DNA of 64,000 bases from Marsupella aquatica (taxonomy: Eukaryota; Plantae; Marchantiophyta): NCBI GenBank assembly GCA_973895155.1, contig OZ316896.1, positions 6,376,166 through 6,440,165 on the forward strand, read 5' to 3'. Below are positions 47,901 through 58,210 of the stretch, piece by piece (the stretch's first letter is position 1; every line of letters begins with the position of its first letter). The position numbers were made by a program, and so were the translations under genes. Under the pieces are notes generated by a model. That model searched no databases. It was not told the DNA's origin and was given only the letters and a program-made list of their open reading frames with translations.

Positions 47901-49574
47901 ATGGACGCCCTCATCAAGCGACAAGTATTCGGACCATTTAAAATGGCATTACCAGGTACACATTACACCGACTCTCGATTTACATTCTTGAAAAAACGAA
48001 ATGAGAAAGGCATAGTAGTAAGATATCGAGCCCGGCTAGTAGCCAAAGGCTACACACAAATCCCGGGCAGGGACTATGATTTAACATACTCACCAGTAAT
48101 GGACGCTACTACATATCGCTATCTCACAGCACATTCAGTCCACCATAAACTGGTTAATAACCTTATGGACGTGGTAACCGCGTACCTTTACGGCACACTC
48201 GATACTGAGATATACATGACTGCCCCCCCGGAACTGATAGAGAGGGTCAAGCAGCACATTCAGGGGGAGACGTCCCAGAACCTGAATACAGAGATTAAAA
48301 AGGGCATCAGCCAAATAATACCTGATGGGGATACAAAGGCCCTCTTGATGCAAAGTGGAAATACACAGGCAATGCATACCAGAGGAAAGAAATTAACAAC
48401 AAAACTTACAGTCCAAGTGTTACGTTCCATCAACGGACTTAAACAGAGCGACAGAATCTGGTATCAGAAATTCCAGACAGAGATGCTCGCCCTCGGATTT
48501 ACAAATAGCGGACTGGCCCCCTGCATCTTCATCAAAAAGCATATGGACGAAGTCCTGATACTAGTACTGTACGTGGACGATGTGAACTTATTCGGGACTA
48601 AACAGATGATGAAAGACACAATACATACACTGAAAGGAGTCTTCGAGATGAAGGACCTTGGAAGACCCAACCACTGCCTAGGCCTGCAGATCGAACACTT
48701 AGAAACAGGCATATTCCTTTACCAATCGACATACACGCAGAAGATACTTCATCAATTCAACATGCAGAAATCCTACCCTGTCTCCACCCCGATGGAACTC
48801 AGATCTCTAGACCCGATCAAAGATATGTTTCGGAAGCGCCAAGAAGACGAACCCATACTGGGATCAGAAAAACCGTACCTATCAGCGGTGGGCGCCCTTA
48901 TGTATCTAGCGAACCAGACGAGACCTGACATATCGTTCGCCGTCAGTCTCTTAGCGAGACACAGCGCACAGCCCACCATCAGGCATTGGAACGGCATCAA
49001 GAGGATCATGAGATACCTACAAGGGACGATCGACCTTGGACTATTCTTTCCTAAGAATAGCCCCGATACGCTTACCGGTTACACTGATGCCGGCTACCTG
49101 TCGGACCCCCAGGACTCCAAATCACAGACTGGGTACGTGTTCTTACAGGGGACGACAGCAATATCTTGGCGAAGTTCAAAGCAAACAATGACCACAACGT
49201 CATCCAACCACTCGGAAATCATAGCGTTATACGAGGCGTGCAGAGAAGCTGTATGGCTACGAAGCATTATCAATCATATTAGGTCCAGCACCGGTAAACC
49301 ACAGATAACAGAGCCAACCACAATCTACGAAGACAATAAGGCGTGTATCGACCAGATAACCAACGGAATCCTGAAGACCGAGAGGACCAAGCATATTGAC
49401 CCCAAGTATTTCTTCACGCAAGAACAACAAGGGAAAAGTATCAATGTTGCATGGATCAAATCTCAGGACAATCGAGCAGACATGTTTACGAAACCACTAC
49501 CAGCCGGATTGCACAGAGCGCACCTCGAAGGCATAGGCATGAGCAGATTGTCCACGATCAAGCCCACCTCATAA
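44961..49574 (+). CDS. Copia gag-pol polyprotein (gag, CCHC, PR, INT, RT, RNase H)
   Basis: CYRCGKIGHIRNAC, IIDSGTSH, WHCRLGHPG...CIAC, ADICGP...RVDGAGEF...QNGIAE, RARLVAKGY, LYVDD, GYTDAGY, YEDNKAC, ADMFTKPL. No stops. Confidence 0.96.
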   Translation: MNTVEKLLWPALKVDGSNYLTWITDVETYFTSQDLEDTLDTDIDVTLKQKAKAAFLLRQHLTPQLKNEYMNEINPRKLWDLLKARFDHMREIWLPEARRDWHNLRVMDHTTIANYNSALCRITSQLEMCGHPINDIDRIDKTLSTFPESNITLGTQYRNMRFTKYSDLIAHLLVEEKQQIVALQNARKRPAGSDPPPHRPETHYTNYEDKQRGNYRGGRTQFRGGRNQFRGGRNQFRGQGKPYNRPSGSNNTWRRGTMNNRGRGRSNQYDTANNSQKMCYRCGKIGHIRNACAATEQEAHRYINDRNKSRQNPQGHYMEIEEELIASQREETQEQIEVHTSLTDWKYPTLDDPDTGIIDSGTSHTILKHSKYFEAITPSSRAITTIAGLNHIEEGKGRATFILPGGTKITVKSAIYAPKATRNLISFQDIRSNNLQLRTNTQGKTETLQIIQDIQGKPSIKETFALIPPGLYATSIQTFHIHQESEDMTYIWHCRLGHPGTTMYNRIIRDSKGIPKTVKPKVKTACIACSQGKMTIRPSIPKTIFSIPQFLEQINADICGPIDPPSGPFKYFLVIIDSSTKWLQISLLSTRNLAFARILAHILKLRAQFPEYPTRRLRVDGAGEFTSRTFDDFCWAAGIDTQYPVPHVHFQNGIAESVIKRLQMVARPLLMKSNLPTSAWGHAILHAAALIQYRPSAYNSKTPYHLAFGIPPDLSHLRIFGCQVMVPILGPKRTKLGPQRNAGIYVGFDSTSIIRYLEPTTADLFKARHQDCHFYEDQFPQLTNTASTQSKDTTKMPINWKADQNRNDPRTKQADEEVRRLLHLHEMLEKIPDSFNDAANVTRSHNLAANAPSRVQTSSTPANVTAPRAKRGRPPGIKDSQPRQRKTPAANLGTPALEPAITLNVTAINQNDPLSEENEEMSITYMQTGNIYKRLTTQIDEQFAYNVIQEITNDIPDPLTINEAKKQPDWPKWQAAIHTEMDALIKRQVFGPFKMALPGTHYTDSRFTFLKKRNEKGIVVRYRARLVAKGYTQIPGRDYDLTYSPVMDATTYRYLTAHSVHHKLVNNLMDVVTAYLYGTLDTEIYMTAPPELIERVKQHIQGETSQNLNTEIKKGISQIIPDGDTKALLMQSGNTQAMHTRGKKLTTKLTVQVLRSINGLKQSDRIWYQKFQTEMLALGFTNSGLAPCIFIKKHMDEVLILVLYVDDVNLFGTKQMMKDTIHTLKGVFEMKDLGRPNHCLGLQIEHLETGIFLYQSTYTQKILHQFNMQKSYPVSTPMELRSLDPIKDMFRKRQEDEPILGSEKPYLSAVGALMYLANQTRPDISFAVSLLARHSAQPTIRHWNGIKRIMRYLQGTIDLGLFFPKNSPDTLTGYTDAGYLSDPQDSKSQTGYVFLQGTTAISWRSSKQTMTTTSSNHSEIIALYEACREAVWLRSIINHIRSSTGKPQITEPTTIYEDNKACIDQITNGILKTERTKHIDPKYFFTQEQQGKSINVAWIKSQDNRADMFTKPLPAGLHRAHLEGIGMSRLSTIKPTS

Positions 49575-50078
49575 CACTGAAGCTCGAAAGGATTACCCAA
49601 CGACGAAGCTGTCGCCCGATGAAGCCGCCTCCAGATGCCCGACCACCACACTCGGCGAGCGCCACACCACATCCCCGACGTGAAACAACGCAAACCAACG
49701 CAAAAACGCCCGACTTGGCCTCACTAACCCAAAGCACAACACGAAGCGAAGCGCAATACGCAAAACGACATGAAGAACAACACGAGGCGCACACCAGGCA
49801 ACGAGCTGAGGGGGAGACTAGACACCCATTAGGAACATTCACATAACCCCACTTAGCACATACGATTAACACTAACTAAGACATGGCAAAAAGGCTTAAC
49901 CAGGACATTAGATATGGGAAACCACCTATATAAGTGATGGTAGCACTCTTTCCTCGAGAAGAAAGCGGCGAGGTTTTAATGAGGCTACATCACACAGGTG
50001 GACCCCTAAACCGGATTATACCCTAGGTTCAAGAGATGTGGTTACTTTATGCTCCTCCATAAACTAACCAAGGGGGAG

Positions 50079-50276
50079 TGTTGTAAACCCTAGTTTACCC
50101 CTTAACCATAGGGCGAGAACCCTTAACCATAGTATGAGAACTCCTAACCATAGGACCAGTATAAGGGCATTTGCCTACCATGTAACCAAGGGGATATATA
50201 TATCCCCTCATCAATAGTAATGGATCTTATCTTGTTGGAGTATCTTTGAGCGTTCCTTTAGTTGTCTATTACAACA
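50079..50276 (+). repeat. Copia 3' LTR
   Basis: Identical to 44405-44602 and followed by ATAAC. Confidence 0.97.
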
Positions 50277-52468
50277 ATAACTAATATCAACCGTTGATAT
50301 CAGTTATCAGTGGCTGATAACTGATGATCCTTGCTACCCCAGCCACGACCGAGGCCCAGAGGAAGGAGAGGGCACTGAAGGATGAGATCAAAGAATGCCG
50401 CAAGGCCCTCCATCAGAAAAAGGCAAACTTGATGAGACCTACAAGGGCATCGACAAGCTAAAGGAAGACCTTGAGAACCTGTCGGCCAACTTTCAAGCCA
50501 AGCTACGTACGAAGGATGACATGCTTGATCAAACCTACAAGAAAATGAATAAGATCGAGTTTGATGTCGTCCATGAGCTCAAAGCGGAGCTGAAAGCAAC
50601 CCAGGAGGAGAGGGCGGCCTTACGGAAGGAGTTGGACAAGAGCATGGCGGAGTTGGAGCAAGCTCGCGGGGATTTAGACAAGACCCTAGTGGAATTGGAG
50701 GATGCCGCCCAAAAAATGGAAAATCTAGAGAGGCGGGTGGACAACCAAATTGAGCGATTGAAGGAGCAGTTTGAGGAGCTAAATCGGCTGGCCGCAACAA
50801 GTGGACCCCCAGCGGCAGCAACAGGGTTGCAGGGCGTGGTACTAACCGAACGACAAGCCGTGGTACCCTCACCTTTGCCGGAAGATAGTGGCAAGGGGAA
50901 GGCACCAGCTGCTTGGGAGGGGAAGGACAAAAAGCAAAAGCCTTCCGGGTCAGGGAGTCACATCGTTTGTCAGGCCACCGTGGCTGAGGTGGAGAGCATG
51001 GCATCGGCCTTATGCAAGGTAGTGGCTATCAAGGAGGCAGTCCTGGAAGTAGGCCAAGAAGACCGGTTGGGAGAGGCCATGACGGGCACCGATTCAAGAT
51101 TGCCAACATTTGACCAGCATCAACCCCAACCTTGGGAGGATGAGACAACCCGACTCATAGAACGAGCCTATGAGGAGGACCACTACGGTAGGGTAGCCGA
51201 TGTCGGGGGGACAGTGCAGAAGCCGTAGAGGTGGACCCCCCACTAACGGAAGCATGAGGAGCAAAGGCCGAGGTAAGGGTGAGGCCCGGTCACGCCAAAG
51301 ATGGGTTGACCCAGTCAGGTGCGGGTAACCTGTCAGAGGACGGGAAGCCTACATTGGTCGCCGAGGAAGGATTGGGGGCGTCCATTGAGGGCCAGCCAGC
51401 CGCATTGTGATGGTGGAAGGGCGTTGTCCCTTTTAGGGAGGGCGGACGTGGAGGTAGGAGGCATGAGTGGGCGGAGCGGGTGCGGACCTCAAGATTTAGA
51501 TTAGGATCAGGACCAAGAAGCGGCCCTGAAACTTAGATTAGTGGGATTGCGGGTCCACTGGTAAGAGCAACACTTGTGCTCTTGCCCCACTGTATATAGG
51601 TAGATTCCACTTAGGGGTAGATTGGCTTATGCAACAAGGAAATAGGTAGGTACGCTGCCAGGATAAATACCTGGGCAGCGGGAACCCAAGGGCCTTCTTC
51701 TTGAGCAAGTTTTTAGTGCACCAGCAAGGCTGGGATCAATTAGTAAAGAGAAGCTCTCGGTTAGTTATGTTGTGACCCTTCTGTACATTCATGTTTCCTC
51801 ATGCCTAAGAGCTTAATAGAGTTGGCCTTCTGGCTTAGTTCGCAGACCTTGTGTATTAGAAGTACTCCTTGTATTGCAATGGCATGGCATACCTTAGTCA
51901 ATAGGAGTCATCTTTCTAATTGGGTGTCGCATCAACTTGTGTGAAGATTGCCCACATCAATTGTAGGAGAGAAAGTTGGATGTGTTGAGCTAAGAGGGAT
52001 CTTACCGGCTACCCAGGCCGATTGGGCATCATTCCGGGGGCGGAATCCAAACATACTTGAAAGGGAGACCGGCAGAAGAGAGTAAGGAGGCCTAGAGTAG
52101 GCTGGGTGCATATCTCATGACCCGATGAAGGATCTGTCCAGTATATGTGGTTAGAAAGAAGTGAAGAGTGAGCAGCGTCCCATGCCGATAAGCCGCGGAA
52201 CCGGCCTTGGCAAGAGCGAAACCAATGGGAATTGGCTTGTTCAGGGAGGGTTCCTGGGTGAAGGGAGCCATGAGACGCAGCACACAACGACGCTGGAGCT
52301 AATTGTTAAGGTAGTCGAGTTCTGCTACTGTAACGGGGATAGCAAATGCCTGTTACTTGCTCACAAGTAAAATATTGAGGAGGTTGGCGAATGAACGCAA
52401 GAACGAGCAACGAGTCAGTTTTGGGTCCTCAGACTCAAAAGGATCAATCTAACTCATTGCTGTGCCAG

Positions 52469-52705
52469 ATGAGTAATTTTCCGGGACCAGCCGTGGACGG
52501 ACCAGTAGCACCACCACCACCACCGCCGGTGCCTATTCCTCCAGCTGCTCCCACTGCAACAACAGCTCCCCAAGTCATACCAATGGCTGCAGTACCTCCT
52601 GTATTTGGTCGGGTGGCCCAGCCGCAGCAGCCATAGGTTGTGCAAAGATTGCGGTTTCACCATTGTTCTTTCAAGGGCCGCCATGGGGACGACCTGGATG
52701 AATGT
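52469..52705 (+). pseudogene. Truncated N-terminus of a gypsy-type gag
   Basis: Pro-rich MSNFPGP...PPPPPP, then SFKGRHGDDLDE (FxGxxxEDPxxW-like motif), with one stop; cut off by an LTR fragment. Confidence 0.45.
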
Positions 52706-52749
52706 GCTTGTGCCCGGGCCCCCAGGATTCATCGTCTGTTTGAGTCCCA

Positions 52750-53198
52750 AGCGGCTCCGCCCGAGCACTGTCTATTCTCATGTTTTGAGTGTCCGTTTTG
52801 CATGGTCCAAGCTTTGTTACACTTAGGCCCAAAGGGATCTGTCACTCAAGCCCTCATAACTTAGACTCCGTTCAGGGGTCCGGACAGTCCACTCCAAGCC
52901 CATCCCATTCTGTGGCCTGACCAGCTCCTAATGCCATTTCGGGTCCCTTGTGTGCGACTCTAGCTCAATGCCTCGCCTTTGCTAGAGCAACATTTCCTTG
53001 CTCTCAAGTACCCTCATGCTTAGTCCCTTTAGGATGGCCATCCTGATGCCTGGACCGTACGGGAGCTCGATGCTGGAGCTAAGTGGTAAGTCGTGTTCTG
53101 CAACTTTGGGCCTTGAGCATGTTCTGAAGGTAGGGCATTCAACTACTAATGAATGAAAAATGAAGAAGCTTCACCCGGTTGAGGGGCTGTTTATGACA
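52750..53198 (-). repeat. Partial, diverged LTR of the element A family
   Basis: Co-linear similarity to 15440-15653 plus 41051-41100. Ends ...TATGACA (TG start on the - strand). Boundaries approximate. Confidence 0.55.
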
Positions 53199-53484
53199 AA
53201 AAGTAGAATGGACATAAAACAAAGATGGGACAAAAATGAACTACAAATAATATTTAATCACTTTTATTACATAATTCTTTATTGTCTTGGTCTCTATTTA
53301 TGTTGAAGGGCTTAGGGGGCGATAATAGAATTAGGGGTATGAGTGAGAAATAGGATGGGGGTGGAGTAGTGCCAGGATAGTGCATTTGAAAATAGGGCCC
53401 CCTAAGAAGAGAGTAGGTGGAGTAGGGGTCACATATGTGAAGAGAGTCCATGGATTAGGGAGGCTCCCTCTTTAGAGATCAGCT

Positions 53485-53550
53485 CTTGCCATCGAGGGTC
53501 AAGGGCCATGGTGCCAACTTGCCATCGAGGGTCAAGGGCCATGGTGCCAA
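53485..53550 (+). repeat. Perfect 33-bp tandem duplication upstream of TRM13
   Basis: CTTGCCATCGAGGGTCAAGGGCCATGGTGCCAA x2. Confidence 0.95.
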
Positions 53551-53815
53551 CTCTTTGTCAATTACTTGAAAGCTTTAGACAACTGTTCTCATCGAAGGTT
53601 GACATCTTTTATCCGCATCTCTATTCACGTTCAAGAAGTCGGGCTAGTGTCGTTTTGGATACTTGAACACAGTCATAGCACACTCAGGTCGAAGACGGTA
53701 GTAGGGGCATGACACGAGTTAATTAAACGAGTTTGGACGCTGAGCTCAAACGTCACGCAACTGAAACTACTGTACTGTAGTTGAGATTCAGCTCACGTGA
53801 ACTGTAAGAGGGACG

Positions 53816-56800
53816 ATGCCAAAGCAGGGGCGATGTGGAGGAGAAGGTGGCGACGATGCCCCTCAAAAATGTGCAATGTGGATGTCCAAGAAGCGGCGAT
53901 TTTGTGCTAGTCCTGCTCTCGGCAATTCCATGTAAAGTCGCTCTTCAGGAAGATCGTCACTTTTTGGGCATGATTTTCTCGATCCACAAACTTTTCAGTT
54001 TCGTTGGAGATATTGTATCGCTGGCAAGTTTTCGTCTCTCAATATTCAAGCGACTCCTGATTTTGTCCTTCATGTAATGGATGAGCAGGTTTTGTGGGAA
54101 CCACAGGACAGTTGCCGGAGAGGCCAGGGTACCTTGCCCCGTTGATCCTTCACAGTAAGCACAAACCCTGCAATGCAACCATCATCTTATCATTTTAAGA
54201 TCAGTCAAAGGTTGAGATATCATCTTAGCCATGTGATTGGGTATCCTATCAGTAGCCCTTCACTTGGCCACTTCGTAACGCGAGGTCTAATGGGAACTGA
54301 TTACGGGTGTTCATCGTCTTAATTCGATATTGCCTTCCATGTTGCAACAATAGCATGCTTGCGAAAGGTTGGCTTTCCCAATGCCTAACTTGGTGAACAA
54401 TTTGATCAATTCTCATGTGCAGCACAATTCTGAAAGAGAATGTAGCTGCCCATGTCAGTAAATGTCCTGCGACGAAGCAGTCGAAGCTCTCTAAACTTCA
54501 GTCATACTTCTCCCAAGGAGTGAATGCGGGATATGAAAGCGAAGATTCTTCAGATTTTCGAAATTCAAATGCTACTGTTGACACATTGGTTCAAGGAAAT
54601 AAGAGTCGAAGTTGTGCTGCAAAGCGTACAGCAATTGCCAGAATGTCGGAAGATCAGTTTCGGGAATTTATGAAGAGGATCGAGTTTACTCACGAAGTGT
54701 GCAGCCTCGGGGTTGAAAATGAAGCATTTTTCCAGCCTCCGCAGTGTTCTAGATGGTGGGGTCCAGACCGAGACAGGTTTGTGGCCTCAAAATATACTGA
54801 CAGTGCAGATTAGGAAAAAAGTTGCTTAAAGTGTGCGTGGCATAGAATGAGATAGTTCAGTGGTGCACCGAGGACGGTTTATTCATCATCTATAGAATTG
54901 TGCATCTACTAGTAGTGACAGGATTGTCAATATCTTGCCTTATTTATGATTGACTTCTGCAGTTCACTTTCATCTCTCTCTTCCTCCTAGCATTCAATAA
55001 GTCCAGGGTCGTAAATGCGGTTATGAGTTGCTCTCTTTACAACTGTTTGATTCAGTGGTTTCGTTTTCTATAGGAGACTTCCATTCCAAGAGAAGCATGT
55101 CTCACAGCAGGCGTCCTTGTTGGGCAACCTTGAAGCATTCGGACTTCTTCAGGCACAAAGTATGAAGGCTGATGGCAAGCAGCAAGATGATAAGAAAAAT
55201 TGGGTCTACGTTGAGTTTGGAGCTGGAAGAGGGTATCTTAGTCATATGTTATGTGACAGTTATGGAGTTTCCTCTGTTGTGCTTGTAGAAAGGAGTGCCT
55301 ACAAGTTCAAGGTTATTCCCCCTACCCTAATGGGTCCAATAGTCTCCTGCTCAATGCTAAGCAATTACTTTGCAAAACGTGGAATCTAATAAATCTTGGA
55401 TTGAACTTCTACCCCTTTCTAAAGACCAAATTATACCGAAGGAACCTCCAGTCATCGAGGATGAGTTGACCACTTGCGACTGTCTAAACGTGGCGTAAAA
55501 ATCTTGATAGAAAGCATTTTACAGAACAGAACACAAGAGATGTGTTGCAATTGCAGAACATCACTAAATCATCTGAAAGGTTTCAGCGTGTTGTTCTTCG
55601 TCGTTCAGATTTCTGTATTTTCATTGCAGTTTATTAATTTTACTCTGCATTCACTACCGGTCCCCATTTAATACTGATGTGTCTAGAGTGAGGGGGTCAA
55701 CGGACCCCCATTGATATCTCTGATAGATTCTCGTTAACTCAGGCGGATAGGACGCTCCGTCAAATTCTTGGAGTTTCTGTGGAGCGTCTGAGGACAGACA
55801 GTAAGTGAATAACCCTTGTTCAGAAGGGGATTTTGGTCGCACCTTTTCCGCCGCGTAATTTTCAGATCTTATGTCAGGTTATGGGTCCGTGGAGGATTGA
55901 CCATTTCTGTGTAACATGTTGAGGGCACATAACTAATATTTTGAGGCTTAATTTTATAACCTGGTAGGTTGTTGTGTTTTCCAAGCATCCATGGGAACTG
56001 ACGTTGAGTTTATGTTCCCAGTCGAGGACCTTAGATTGCAAGGCGTGGGACCACTACAAGGAAGTCATTTTGTGGCAGTGAGCAAACATCTGTGTGGACC
56101 GGCTACAGGTATTTGTGCCCCTCTATTGTTGAGTACAAGGTTGGAGTTATAGCACCAACAACCAGTGTGTGAATTACGAGATTATGTTCAACTGTAGCTA
56201 TTTGAGCCTTCAATCGTAGCGGTCAGTTTTGCCAGAGTGTCCTAGGCTTCCGGTTTCTGGAGTCGTTGCTTTCTCATACCTATTTCACAAGACTCTGAGG
56301 GCCAAGTTTGAGTCGTGGCACTACATTTGAAATTGGTTGTTCTGGACTTGAAAACTTGCTGGCTACAGACTTGACACTCAGATGCTGCCTCAACGTTGAC
56401 ATCTCGTCCAAGCCTCCTGATCAACAAAGTTCTGCTGACCCTATTCTAGAGGGTATTGGCATTGCGACATGTTGCCATCATCTCTGTCAGTGGGAATCTT
56501 ATGTCAGTAAGTGCGAAAATCCCCTAAAGATTGTCGTTCATGTGTACCCCTTTCCAGGACGAGTGTCATGCGATGGGAGTGCCTTGAGGAGCTGACGGAA
56601 AAGCCATCAGTGAGTATAATGGGTAGTCTAGAAATATTGTTCAGTCTGAACTTTTCTTTCTTTCTGAATATTTATCTATTTTGTTGGCAGACAAGGAGTT
56701 CTTCCGGAAGTTGGGATTCTCCAGTGGTGACTTTGACATGATTACATGGTTGACAAGCTGGGCAGTCAATAAGAGTGGAGAACACGGCCACACTGCATAT

Positions 56801-57346
56801 GAAGGCGACACCAATCAAAAGGAAACCAGGTTGTTTGTAGCCGTTTTTTTGGATTGGATTATTTTATTCGAATTGCAAGCCATTGACGTGCGCTCCTTCA
56901 ATCTCTAAGATCAACAATGTGCAAACATTATACCATGAAACGTTCAATCTTTTATTCTTATTCATGGGTAAGAGGATAGGAACTATGATAAAGTGACACT
57001 TTTGATTGATGAGACGAAAATTGGAAAGAGTTAAATTAAGTTGTGGGCTTCACCACATGTTACCCTGGCTAACACTTTCGCCACTTTTATGTTCATGGAT
57101 TGTAGGCAAGGAAGTCTCAAAGTTCCCGAGATTGCTGCACAAAATAGGCCTCTGCTGTTGGAGATTGTGAACAGTATGGATCCTTTGCAACGAGGTGTCC
57201 TTGGGAGAAAGTGCAAAGACCTTTTGGACCATGGGAGGCTCTTGTGGCTAAAGCAACGTGGCTTGGATGTAAAGATTGTGAAGTATATATCATCAACAAT
57301 CACCCCAGAGAACAAATTGTTGCTTGCGCGTAAGTGCTACTCCTAA
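53816..57346 (+). CDS. TRM13: tRNA:m4X 2'-O-methyltransferase TRM13; exons 53816-53931, 54089-54154, 54423-54776, 55074-55311, 55743-55800, 56022-56108, 56369-56506, 56691-56829, 57106-57346
   Basis: GT-AG introns join into one frame: CAMWMSKKRRFC...FCGNH (CCCH), RVPCPVDPSH...HVSKC (CHHC), YVEFGAGRGYLS, VAVSKHLCGPATDLTLRC, IATCCHHLC, GRKCKDLLDHGRL...YISSTITPENKLLLA. Confidence 0.95.
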
Positions 57347-57419
57347 CTTGTGTTGCATAAGAACAGTTTGTTTCTTCTCATGAATATGTGGTAGCTTCTT
57401 AATGCCTTTTCTTGCAAGG

Positions 57420-58210
57420 ACCATCTGTCAATGCGATGTTGAAAGGCGTGGGCAGTATCCTATTACAATTAGAAGTCGAGATGCACTACATAGAGACAAC
57501 GATGGATCCTTGTGCCCAAGGTCACTACGAGGAAGGATATAAATGCAAGACGAGTGTATTCTCTGAATCTGAGGAAACGGTTTGTACTTCTTTTGCCTCA
57601 CCAAAATAATTCAAAGCCTACTCGTAAGTTTACTGAAAGAGATGTAGGCCAATTATTGCCAAGGTTAACCACAACTCAGAGACATCCTGTGTTGGACTTG
57701 GTTGAGGGTTGGAATGTAACGCCCATATTCCTTGTAAGCTGATTTGAAAAGTTTGAGAAAGCGTTCAAGTCATGCAAATGGACCTCAAGTATGAAGTCGA
57801 TGGTATTTTGGATCACAAGAAAAGAAACAAAAAGTAGTCATGGATTAGTTGGCTATAAAGCCATTACAGAGTTCTAACCCAATACACTTTTCATAGTTAA
57901 CTACAAGGTCTCCTGATTGTACTTCTGGTGTTTTGATGTTTCTTTTGGAATGTTCGCGCGATTTTTCTGTGCTCGCGTCAAGGTTAGTCCTGTCAACTCT
58001 GAAGTGGCGAGTTTGACCAGGCTAGGACCACAACCAGTCAAAAGTTGAGTGTATTCGTTCAGTTCCACAAAGCTAAACGGAAGAGCTCCTCAACAAGGGA
58101 GGAACTAGATGGTAAGTTCTGCCATATATTAACAAAATGGCCAAGTAAGCTTACTCTGGGGAAAGAGATTTCAGTTGATGAGGACATAGAGTCTTTGTAG
58201 TGGGGGAGAA
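57420..58210 (+). mobile_element. Highly decayed 3' end of a chromovirus gypsy (integrase tail, chromodomain start, PPT); LTR likely begins at 58211
   Basis: KPTRKFTERDVGQ (GPY/F-like), YEVDGILDHKKRNKK (~57790), GGGGGAGAA followed by TGTGACAG. Confidence 0.6.

Larger units (their letters stand above)
44405..50276 (+). mobile_element. Intact Ty1/copia retrotransposon, Bianca-like, very recent
   Basis: 198-bp LTRs (44405-44602, 50079-50276) identical by eye; TSD ATAAC; PBS CGTTATCAGCACG; PPT AAGGGGGAG; single open gag-pol. Confidence 0.97.
43971..50340. mobile_element. ~490-bp Mutator-like non-autonomous element (MITE) containing the copia insertion
   Basis: 9-bp TSD AGCCATGAC / AGCCACGAC. 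Imperfect inverted ends (ATCATCAGTGATCAG / CTGATAACTGATGAT), right end CTACCCC, internal inverted GTGTCCGTACCGTAC / GTACGGTACGGACAC. Confidence 0.78.
41919..51228 (+). pseudogene. Retrotransposon accessory ORF (plant-transposon-protein-like domain plus long coiled coil), split by a MITE and a copia
   Basis: LEFVGSWDHESSSTKIYGRDFYLTSNVIAKVFGLP resembles extra-ORF domains of plant LTR elements. The frame ACNKAT|TEAQRKERALKDE is continuous across 43971-50349. Several stops. Confidence 0.6.

Noticed and set aside
45537-49872. Several 100-200 aa antisense ORFs over the copia
   Set aside because: Shadow ORFs of the long sense ORF with its skewed base composition; no motifs.
41101-52031. Giant LTR bounded by TGTGATGCC...GGCATCA
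   Set aside because: The right end lacks the full matching ...GGCATCACA, and no TSD or PBS follows; kept only as a hypothesis in the findings.
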